Shown in pieces: positions 56,485 through 64,000 of a stretch of DNA of 64,000 nucleotides. The translations under genes were made by a program, and so were the position numbers. The notes beneath the pieces are model-generated. The model ran no database searches and was not told where the DNA came from. It saw nothing but the letters and a program-made list of their open reading frames with translations. The stretch is taken from contig CAVSGO010000006.1 in assembly GCA_963727525.1 (NCBI GenBank), forward strand, positions 256,001 through 320,000. The letters are read 5' to 3'. Position 1 is the stretch's first letter, and the number at the start of each line of letters is the position of its first letter. This DNA is from an uncultured bacterium. Lineage in GTDB: Bacteria; Krumholzibacteriota; Krumholzibacteriia; LZORAL124-64-63.

Positions 56485-57485
56485 TCGAGATCATTGCCGA
56501 GATCGGGGTGAACCACGATGGTTCGCCGGCGAAGGCCCAGGAACTGGTGCGTACGGCCAGGCGCTGCGGCGCCGATACGGCCAAGTTCCAGACCTTCAAG
56601 GCAAGCAACCTCGTCACCGGCACGGCGACCACCGCCGAGTACCAGAAGAAACATCACGCCGGCGATCAGCTCAGCATGCTGCGGCGCCTGGAGCTGGAGC
56701 CCGACGATTTTCGCCTCCTCGTCTGCACCTGCCGTGACGAGGGCATCCGCTTCCTCTCCACGCCCTTCGACCTGGAGAGTCTCGACTTCCTGCTCGGACT
56801 GCCGGTGGATACCATCAAGATCGGCAGTGGCGAGCTGACCAACGCGCCCCTGCTTGCGGCCATCGGCCGTGGGGGCGTGCGCGTGATTCTGTCGACTGGC
56901 ATGGCCTGCCTCGGCGAGGTGGAGACGGCCCTCGACGTGTTGCGCGAGCATGGCGCGCGCGACATCGCTTTGCTGCACTGCGTCACCCAGTATCCCACGC
57001 CGGTCGACCAGGTGAATCTGCGCGCCATGGGCACGCTGCGGCAGGCCTTCGCCCTGCCCGTGGGCTACAGCGACCACACCCAGGGCAACGAGGTAGCCAT
57101 CGCTGCCGCCGCTCTGGGCGCCACCATTCTCGAGAAGCATCTCACTCTCGACCCCGCCGCGCCCGGCCCCGACCATGCGGCGTCCAGCTCGCCTGCCGAG
57201 TTCGCAGCGCTGGTGCGCGCCGTGCGCAACGTGGAGGCCTGCCTGGGCGACGGCGTGAAACGCCCGGCGCCGTGCGAGGTGGCCAACATGCCCATCGCGC
57301 GCAAGAGCCTCGTGGCCACGCGCGACCTCGCCGCGGGCGATGTGGTGCGTAGCGCCGACGTCACCGTCAAGCGACCGGGCGACGGCATTGCGCCCGAACA
57401 CGCCACGCACGTCGTGGGCCTTTGCCTGGCGCGTCCGGTGAAGCAGGACACCGTCCTGCTGTGGGACGATTTCCACCATGCCTAG
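56481..57485 (+). CDS. neuB: Nonulosonic acid synthase (NeuB/LegI)
   Basis: IAEIGVNHDG, KFQTF, FLSTPFD, KIGSGELTN, LHC-x-x-x-YP, GYSDHT, EKH-x-TLD...GPDH, SAF domain. Confidence 0.94.
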   Translation: MIEIIAEIGVNHDGSPAKAQELVRTARRCGADTAKFQTFKASNLVTGTATTAEYQKKHHAGDQLSMLRRLELEPDDFRLLVCTCRDEGIRFLSTPFDLESLDFLLGLPVDTIKIGSGELTNAPLLAAIGRGGVRVILSTGMACLGEVETALDVLREHGARDIALLHCVTQYPTPVDQVNLRAMGTLRQAFALPVGYSDHTQGNEVAIAAAALGATILEKHLTLDPAAPGPDHAASSSPAEFAALVRAVRNVEACLGDGVKRPAPCEVANMPIARKSLVATRDLAAGDVVRSADVTVKRPGDGIAPEHATHVVGLCLARPVKQDTVLLWDDFHHA

Positions 57486-58662
57486 GTCGATCGCCATCGC
57501 CACCACCACGCGCGCGGAGTACGGCATCCTCCGGTCGCTCTGCAGCGCCGTGGCGGACGATCCCGATCTCGAGCTGCGCCTCATCGTCTCGGGTACGCAC
57601 CTGAGCGAGGCGCACGGCTTCACCGTGCGGGAGATCGAAGCCGACGGCGTGCCCATCTGGTGCCGTGTGCCCATCCTTGCTCCCGGCGACGACGACGTGG
57701 CCGCCCTCACCACGATCGGCAACGCCGTGCTGGCCCTGGCGCCGCTCCTGTCCGCCGACCGGCCCGATCTCCTCGTGGTCCTGGGCGATCGCAGCGAGAC
57801 CATGGCCTTCGCCCTGGCCGCGCTGCTCCTGCGCATCCCGCTGGCGCATCTGCACGGCGGCGAGGTCACGGCCGGCGCCCTCGACGAGAGCATCCGCCAC
57901 GCCATGACCAAGCTCGCCACGTACCACTTCGTGGCCACCGAGGCTTACGCCGCCAACGTGCGCCAGCTCGGCGAGGATCCGGCACGGGTCTTCGTGGTGG
58001 GCGCGCCTGGACTCGACGGCGTCGCCGACATCGTAACCCTCGACAGCGACGAATTGCTCGGCCATCTGGGCCTCGATCCGACGCATCCCTTCGCGCTGGT
58101 GGCTCTGCATCCGGAAACCACGCAACCGCCGGCGGCGGCGGGCGCCCTGGCCGCCACCGTGACCGCCGCCGTCCTGGCCACCGATCTGCAGATCGTGTTC
58201 ACCGGCGCCAACGCCGATGCCGGTGCGGCCCTCATCAACGCCGCTTTCATCGACGCCGCCGGCCGCGAACCGGCGCGCTGCGTGTTCCGCGCCAGCCTGG
58301 GCCGGCAGCTCTTTTTCAGCGCCCTGCGCCACGCCGCCGTCATGGTGGGCAACTCGTCGGCGGGGATCATCGAGGCGCCGTCGTTCGGGATACCGGTGGT
58401 GAACGTGGGCGATCGGCAGACGGGCCGCGTCATGGCCGCGTGCATCGTCCCGGCCGCCGCCACCCGCGGTGATGTGAGTGCGGCGATCGCGCGGGCGCTC
58501 GATCCCGATTTTCGCGAGCGCTGCCGCGCCGTCGCCAATCCGTACGCGGGGCCGGGCGTGGGGGCCATAGGACACGCGATCAAGGAGAGACTCAAGTCGT
58601 TGCCCGTGGGCCCCGAGATCATCAGAAAGCAGTTCGTCAGCCGGAAGGGTTTCGATGCGTAA
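57478..58662 (+). CDS. neuC: Hydrolysing NDP-sugar 2-epimerase (NeuC/LegG)
   Basis: TRAEYG, GTHLS-x-x-x-G, VLGDR-x-E, HLHGGE, DESIRHAMTK, HPET, GNSSAGIIEAP, GDRQ-x-GR. Confidence 0.93.
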   Translation: MPRSIAIATTTRAEYGILRSLCSAVADDPDLELRLIVSGTHLSEAHGFTVREIEADGVPIWCRVPILAPGDDDVAALTTIGNAVLALAPLLSADRPDLLVVLGDRSETMAFALAALLLRIPLAHLHGGEVTAGALDESIRHAMTKLATYHFVATEAYAANVRQLGEDPARVFVVGAPGLDGVADIVTLDSDELLGHLGLDPTHPFALVALHPETTQPPAAAGALAATVTAAVLATDLQIVFTGANADAGAALINAAFIDAAGREPARCVFRASLGRQLFFSALRHAAVMVGNSSAGIIEAPSFGIPVVNVGDRQTGRVMAACIVPAAATRGDVSAAIARALDPDFRERCRAVANPYAGPGVGAIGHAIKERLKSLPVGPEIIRKQFVSRKGFDA

Positions 58663-59737
58663 ATACCCCGTCGAACGCTATCTCGCCGGGCCGGAGCTGC
58701 CGATTCGCGATGCGTTGCGCCAGATCGAGGAAAGCGAGCGGCGCACCCTTTTCGTCGTGGATGGCGAACGTCGGCTGTTCGGCGCGATCACCGATGGCGA
58801 CATCCGTCGCTGGCTCATCGGCCGCGGCGACATCGGCGCTCCCATCGGCGACGTGTGCAACCGGCATCCCATCAGCGTGGGGGCCGACTTCGACCGCGCC
58901 AACCTCGCCACGCGACTGGTGGAGCTGGGCGCGACCTGCGTGCCTCAGGTCGATGCGCAGAATCGCGTGGTGGGAGTGGTCTTCTGGGAAGATGTGGTGC
59001 TCGAATCCGAGGTCGAGTCGCAGGGGCGTCAGATCGACGTGCCCGTGGTCATCATGGCCGGCGGCCGCGGCACGCGCATGCAGCCGTTCACCCAGGTGCT
59101 GCCCAAGCCCCTCCTGCCCATCGGCGACAAGACCATCCTCGAGCTGATCATCGATCGCTTCGTGAAGCACGGCATCCGGCGCTTCTGGCTGACGATCAAC
59201 TACAAGGCCAACCTCTTGCGCGCCTACTTCCAGGACCTACCCCGCAGCTACGAGGTGGCGTTCGTGGAGGAGGAGATGCCGCTGGGCACGGCCGGCAGCC
59301 TCGCCCTCATTCAAGAGCAGCTGCCCGGCCCGTTCATCCTGACCAACTGCGACAACATCATCGAGGCCGACTTCGCCGACCTCATGGCTCAGCATGCGCA
59401 GCAGCGCAACGACGTCACCATGGTCGTGTCGCTGAAGAAGTACAAGATTCCCTACGGCGTGTGCGAGATCGAGTCGGGCGGGCAGCTCAAGGGCATCCGC
59501 GAGAAGCCGGAATTCGACCACCTCGTCAACACCGGCATGTACGTGCTGTCGCCCGCCGTGCTGGCGCACATTCCGGCCGGGCGCGTCTTCCACATGACGG
59601 ATCTGATCGTAGCCGTCCAGTCGGCCGGTGGCCGCGTGGGCGTGTACCCCATCGGCGAGGGTGCCTGGCTCGACACCGGCGAGTGGGCCGAATACAAGCG
59701 CACGCTGCAGCTCTTCGAGTCGCGGCTGAGCCAATGA
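58655..59737 (+). CDS. CBS-domain nucleotidyltransferase (PtmE/LegX-like)
   Basis: TDGDIRR CBS pair, MAGGRGTRM-x-P-x-T-x-x-x-PKPL, PLGTAGSL, IPYGV, EKP. Confidence 0.9.
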   Translation: MRKYPVERYLAGPELPIRDALRQIEESERRTLFVVDGERRLFGAITDGDIRRWLIGRGDIGAPIGDVCNRHPISVGADFDRANLATRLVELGATCVPQVDAQNRVVGVVFWEDVVLESEVESQGRQIDVPVVIMAGGRGTRMQPFTQVLPKPLLPIGDKTILELIIDRFVKHGIRRFWLTINYKANLLRAYFQDLPRSYEVAFVEEEMPLGTAGSLALIQEQLPGPFILTNCDNIIEADFADLMAQHAQQRNDVTMVVSLKKYKIPYGVCEIESGGQLKGIREKPEFDHLVNTGMYVLSPAVLAHIPAGRVFHMTDLIVAVQSAGGRVGVYPIGEGAWLDTGEWAEYKRTLQLFESRLSQ

Positions 59738-59750
59738 TCAGGAGACGACC

Positions 59751-60452
59751 ATGATCGACGGCAAGCCGGTCATCGCCATCGTGCCCGCCCGCGGCGGCAG
59801 CAAGGGCATACCGCGCAAGAACCTGCAACTGCTCGGAGGCCAGACGCTGCTCGAGCGCGCCATCGCCATCGGCCACGCCACATCGGCCGTCGACCGTATC
59901 ATCGTCTCCACCGACAATGCCGAGATCGCCGCCGTCGGCCGAGCCGCGGGCGCCGACATCCACGATCGCCCGGCCGCGCTGGCCACCGACGGGGCCAAGG
60001 TGATCGAGGCCCTGCGCCACCTCTGCGATACCATGCTGGACGGACGAGGCGCGGGCGACGCGTTGCTCGTACTCCTCGAGCCCACGTGCCCGTTGCGTGC
60101 GGTGGAGGACGTGACGGCCTGCATCGAGCGCCTCGCCGCGGGCGGCTGCGACAGCGTGGCCACATTCACCCAGGCGGCCACCAATCCCTGGCGTGCCTGG
60201 CACCTGGACGGCGACCAGCCGCGCTATTTCGTGGAGGGTGCCAACCCCTGGCTTCCGCGGCAGAAGCTACCGGCGGCCTACGAGCTGACGGGCGCCGTCT
60301 ACGCATTCTGGCGCGCGAACCTGCTCGATGTGCGCAACGAGGTGCTCTGCGGTGCGATTCGCGCCGTGCTGCTGCCGCCGGAGCGCTCGCTCGACATCGA
60401 CACGTTGATCGATCTGGATGTGGCCGAGGCGCTGCTGCGCCGCGGCCGCTGA
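59751..60452 (+). CDS. neuA: Acylneuraminate cytidylyltransferase (NeuA/LegF)
   Basis: PARGGSKGIPRKN, VSTD, RP-x-x-LATD, PTCPLR, RQKLP, DIDT-x-x-D. Confidence 0.93.
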   Translation: MIDGKPVIAIVPARGGSKGIPRKNLQLLGGQTLLERAIAIGHATSAVDRIIVSTDNAEIAAVGRAAGADIHDRPAALATDGAKVIEALRHLCDTMLDGRGAGDALLVLLEPTCPLRAVEDVTACIERLAAGGCDSVATFTQAATNPWRAWHLDGDQPRYFVEGANPWLPRQKLPAAYELTGAVYAFWRANLLDVRNEVLCGAIRAVLLPPERSLDIDTLIDLDVAEALLRRGR

Positions 60453-60476
60453 ACCTCAACCGTCGAGGATGTGACC

Positions 60477-61292
60477 ATGAACAAGCCGATGGCAGACAAG
60501 ACGATCCACGAACTGCTCGACCTCACGGGCCGCACCGCGGTGGTCACCGGCGGCGCCGGCTTCCTGGGTACGGCCATGAGCAGCACCTTCGCCGAGCTTG
60601 GCGCCAACGTGGTGATCGCCAGCCGCGACCTCGAGAAGTGCAAGACGCGCTGCAAGGAGATCAAGGACCGCGTGGGCGGACCCGGTCGCCTCCTACCCCT
60701 GCACCTCGACCTGCTCGACAGGGCGTCGATCGACAACCTCGTGGCCGCGGTGGTGAAGGAGTTCGGCGGCATCGACATCCTGGTGAACAACGCCTGGTCG
60801 GGCAACAAGAACTCGTGGGAGTCGATCGACGACAAGGACTGGAACTACGACATCGACATGTCCCTCAACTCCGTGTTCCGCATCGTGAAGTCGGCATTCG
60901 AGACACTGAAGGACCGCCGCGGCGTGGTGCTCAACATCACCTCGATGTACGGCCACATCGGCCCAGATTACAGGATGTACGACGGCAAGCAGTTCGCCAA
61001 CCCACCCAGCTACGGTGCGGCCAAGGCCGGCGTGCTGCAGTTCACGCGCTACCTCGCCAGCTTCCTGTCGCCTCACGGCATCCGTGTGAACGCGCTCAGC
61101 CCGGGCGCTTTTCCGCACCCGCCCACGCGCGAGCACACGGCCTTCATGGAGCGACTGAGCGAGCACAACCCGATGAACCGCCTCGGCGACCCGCACGAGC
61201 TGAAGGGCGCCGTCGCCCTGCTTTGCTCGGACGCCGGCAGCTACATGACCGGCCAGAACGTGTGCGTCGACGGCGGCTGGACGATTTGGTAG
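60477..61292 (+). CDS. SDR oxidoreductase (PtmA-like)
   Basis: [16 protein letters not shown]...PD...[22 protein letters not shown]-x-x-VDGGWT. Confidence 0.88.
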   Translation: MNKPMADKTIHELLDLTGRTAVVTGGAGFLGTAMSSTFAELGANVVIASRDLEKCKTRCKEIKDRVGGPGRLLPLHLDLLDRASIDNLVAAVVKEFGGIDILVNNAWSGNKNSWESIDDKDWNYDIDMSLNSVFRIVKSAFETLKDRRGVVLNITSMYGHIGPDYRMYDGKQFANPPSYGAAKAGVLQFTRYLASFLSPHGIRVNALSPGAFPHPPTREHTAFMERLSEHNPMNRLGDPHELKGAVALLCSDAGSYMTGQNVCVDGGWTIW

Positions 61293-61294
61293 CC

Positions 61295-62581
61295 ATGCCC
61301 ACGCCCCTGGACATGGTGCAGTACCTGGCCCCGTTGCGGCGGGTGATCTGCGCGCCCGACTACGACTGCGCCATTACCTACCTGTGTGAGCAGCTGTCCT
61401 TCGTGGTGCACGCCTACTCCTCGGAGGAGTCGCACAACGGCTGGGTGGTGCCCCCGCGCTGGGAGGTGCAGGAAGCGGTGATTCGCCACGAAGGGGCCGT
61501 CATCTACGACGGCCTCGCGCATCCGCTCGGCGTGATCGCGCTGTCGCGACCATTCACCGGACGCCTCTCGCTCGACGAGCTGCGTCCGCACCTGCACTAC
61601 CACCACGGCGACCCCGACGCCATCCCCTTCCACTACCGCCAGCAGTTCCGCAGCTGGCACCGCGACTGGGGCTTCTGCCTGCCGAAGCGGGTGTGCGACG
61701 GGATGTCGCCCGGGGAGTACGAGGTGACGATCCGCACCGAGGAGTCGCCCGGCACCCTGCGCGTGCTCGAGTACCATCACCCCGGCCGTACGGAGGCCAC
61801 CATCGTCATCGGCGCCGACCTCGATCGCCCCGGCGTGGCCAACGACGGCGTGTCGGGCTGCGCCGTGGGAGTGGAGGTGATGCGGCGCCTGCAGGACCGC
61901 AAGACGAAGTTCAGCTACCGGCTGGTGCTCGTGCCGGGCACGCTGGGCTCGGAGTATTACCTCGGCAAGCTTCCGGTCGGACGCCGCGAGATGCTGTTCG
62001 AAGGCGTGTTCCTGGAGATGCTCGGCACCCCCACGCAGCTCGCGCTCCAGCACTCGCGCGAGGGCCGCTCGGCCCTGGAGTCGTCGCTCGTGCGCGCCCT
62101 TGCCGACCGCGGCACCGACCACCGTACCGGCGCCTACGAGACCGTCATCATCAACGACGAACATGTGTGGGAATCGTACGGAATTCCCATGGCGTCCCTC
62201 TCTCGCTGTCCATATCCGGAATACCACTGTTCGCGCGACAATGCCGAGGCGATGCGTGCCGATTGCCTCGACGAAGCGGTGGACGTGCTCCTGGCCGCCA
62301 TCGACGAGCTGGAGACCACCCAGCTCGTCACCCGCCTGTTCCGTGGCACGATCTGCCTCTCGAACCCCCGGTACGACCTGTACGTGGACCCGGGCGAGCC
62401 GGTGTTCGGCACGGCGGCCCCCGACACGAGGCTCAACCTGCGCCGGCTGATGGACCTGATCCCCACCCTCGACCGCCCGACCACGACCCGCGATCTGGCG
62501 GCGCGCGTAGGCCTACCGGAGACCGAGGTGCAGGCATACCTGGCGAAGTGGGCGGCGAAGGGGTTGGTGCAGATCGACTAG
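61295..62581 (+). CDS. DUF4910 aminopeptidase-fold protein of glycan loci
   Basis: GWVVPPRW, HPLGV-x-x-x-S, L-x-x-HL...AIP...WGFC, P-x-x-AND-x-x-SG, YPEYH-x-S-x-D, C-terminal wHTH. Confidence 0.82.
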   Translation: MPTPLDMVQYLAPLRRVICAPDYDCAITYLCEQLSFVVHAYSSEESHNGWVVPPRWEVQEAVIRHEGAVIYDGLAHPLGVIALSRPFTGRLSLDELRPHLHYHHGDPDAIPFHYRQQFRSWHRDWGFCLPKRVCDGMSPGEYEVTIRTEESPGTLRVLEYHHPGRTEATIVIGADLDRPGVANDGVSGCAVGVEVMRRLQDRKTKFSYRLVLVPGTLGSEYYLGKLPVGRREMLFEGVFLEMLGTPTQLALQHSREGRSALESSLVRALADRGTDHRTGAYETVIINDEHVWESYGIPMASLSRCPYPEYHCSRDNAEAMRADCLDEAVDVLLAAIDELETTQLVTRLFRGTICLSNPRYDLYVDPGEPVFGTAAPDTRLNLRRLMDLIPTLDRPTTTRDLAARVGLPETEVQAYLAKWAAKGLVQID

Positions 62582-62926
62582 ACGGCGTGGGTGCCTCGTC
62601 TCGACCGCGGCAAGCGCAGCGTGCCCACATCCTCCCACACCCGTTCGCCGCCCACGCCCTGAGCCGCAACTCCAGAGGCGTCATGAGCCCCCTCGATCAA
62701 GACGGTTGAAAACCTCTCCCCACCGCCGTATCCTCATCCCCGGGGAACGACCCGCTACCCACCAACCGCGGTTTCACGACGTCCCGCGGCCCCCGGGACC
62801 GCGGGACGCCAAAGGCGAGCACCCTCGCCCCACCCTGCTCGCTCGCATATCGCGCGACACAGACCTCGCCAGTTCTCCACACAGGTCTGCGTACCGCAAT
62901 ATCGAGGTCGTTGGAAATGGAGTGAA

Positions 62927-63802
62927 ATGGGTTGGGACAAAGTGAGGGGTTTCGTGGAATTGGCGCGACAAGAGCGACTTGACCGTCTTCGTGACTTCGT
63001 GGTGGTTGCGTGCCTGGCAGCTGCGACCGCAACATGCAGTTCGGTCCACGCCAACGTTGAAGATACAACAGTAGTCCTGATCGGAACGCTGCACGGATAT
63101 CATGACAAGTCTATGACGTATTCGACAACCGATCTTCGCGACATCATCATCGCGCTAGATCCTGCCGCTATACTTTGCGAACTACCACCGACCATGGATG
63201 GTCTTCCTACGACTACCGATGGCCGAATCCGTCCGTGCTTTGACGGCAATGAGGATATCGCCGTGAATCAGGCTGCCGACTCACTGCATGTGCCTGCCCT
63301 TCCTTACGACCGTGATCGTAGGAATGAGAGATACCGGGAGACCAGGTATTTCGAACGCGAGAAGTTTGCGTTTCAGCAGCTGGCCGAGTGGTCTGGTCAA
63401 AGCGATGGAGACTCGGCATCGGCCGCTTGCGGTGTCGCTCTCGACTGTTTGGAAAACGTTCAGCGTGCGCAGATGGAGCTGGCCGTCCACGCTGGACCGC
63501 AGGTCGTGAACTCGCAAGCTTTTGATCAGTTATCGAGAAGTACCCGATACTTGGCGTATCGGCTCATTCCGAAATTGCTTGTTGGCGCGCACATGGACAC
63601 GGTTGCAACGGACCTCGAGTTCCTCTCCGGCGAATGGAAGACGCGCAATCGCGCCATGGCTGACAACATCGAACGAATCGCGGCCGGATATTCGGGCAAA
63701 CGGATCGCAGTCCTTTGTGGTGCGGAGCACCGGTATATCCTCAACGGATTATTGCAAGGCAGAGATGGTATCGTGGTAGAGGAATATTATGGCGTTGAAT
63801 AG
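62927..63802 (+). CDS. Hypothetical exported protein, TraB/ChaN-like metal-binding fold; lower GC
   Basis: VLIGTLH, P-x-x-ILCE, W-x-x-RN-x-x-M-x-x-NI, VLCGAEH; codon usage less GC3-biased than neighbours; start uncertain. Confidence 0.65.
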   Translation: MGWDKVRGFVELARQERLDRLRDFVVVACLAAATATCSSVHANVEDTTVVLIGTLHGYHDKSMTYSTTDLRDIIIALDPAAILCELPPTMDGLPTTTDGRIRPCFDGNEDIAVNQAADSLHVPALPYDRDRRNERYRETRYFEREKFAFQQLAEWSGQSDGDSASAACGVALDCLENVQRAQMELAVHAGPQVVNSQAFDQLSRSTRYLAYRLIPKLLVGAHMDTVATDLEFLSGEWKTRNRAMADNIERIAAGYSGKRIAVLCGAEHRYILNGLLQGRDGIVVEEYYGVE

Positions 63803-64000
63803 TCGTCGTGCGCACGACCACACACCTGATCGTTGGAATAGCCCGCCCGCACCATGCCCGCGCTGATGAAACACCCGACCTCGCATAGTTTGGTGGAGGG
63901 GGCGGGCAAGGAAAGCTGTTCAGTAACCTACAACATCTCGCACTTGGTCTCGCGAACAGAGTCGGGGGTGACAGGACGGGGCGATTCCGCAAACGACGGC

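Noticed and set aside
63891-63976. Intact tRNA gene
   Set aside because: No TTCRA T-loop or cloverleaf; kept only as a weak att-like observation

Overview
A gene-dense, high-GC bacterial window. It has a FlgD/T9SS-type C-terminal domain protein, two secreted proteins ending in SWG[ST]IKS[LF]YR and a Reg_prop/Y_Y_Y hybrid kinase; together these suggest an FCB-group candidate lineage such as Krumholzibacteriota, Eisenbacteria or Latescibacterota (inference). Main blocks: (i) 1-17.6 kb housekeeping and accessory genes, including a MauE/DoxX-DsbA fusion, an ABC exporter, fbaB, a frameshifted secreted Ig-like protein, a hybrid sensor kinase, an orphan Gly/His-rich RiPP-precursor-like peptide and a short divergent Rho; (ii) 17.7-23.5 kb mocA-membrane protein-xdhC-xdhA-xdhB; (iii) 30.3-44.05 kb an anaerobic purine/urate catabolism operon (ygeY-ygeW-ygfK-dpaL-Se-type xdh-ssnA-extra PLP enzyme-hydA); (iv) a 1223-bp IS with 18-bp inverted repeats, an AAC direct repeat and an unusual transposase; (v) 52-62.6 kb a legionaminic-acid-type nonulosonic acid locus with a divergent sialyltransferase. 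No rRNA, intact tRNA or CRISPR array was seen. All calls come from motif recognition by eye; no searches were run, and several start codons were re-chosen using RBS and overlap evidence.
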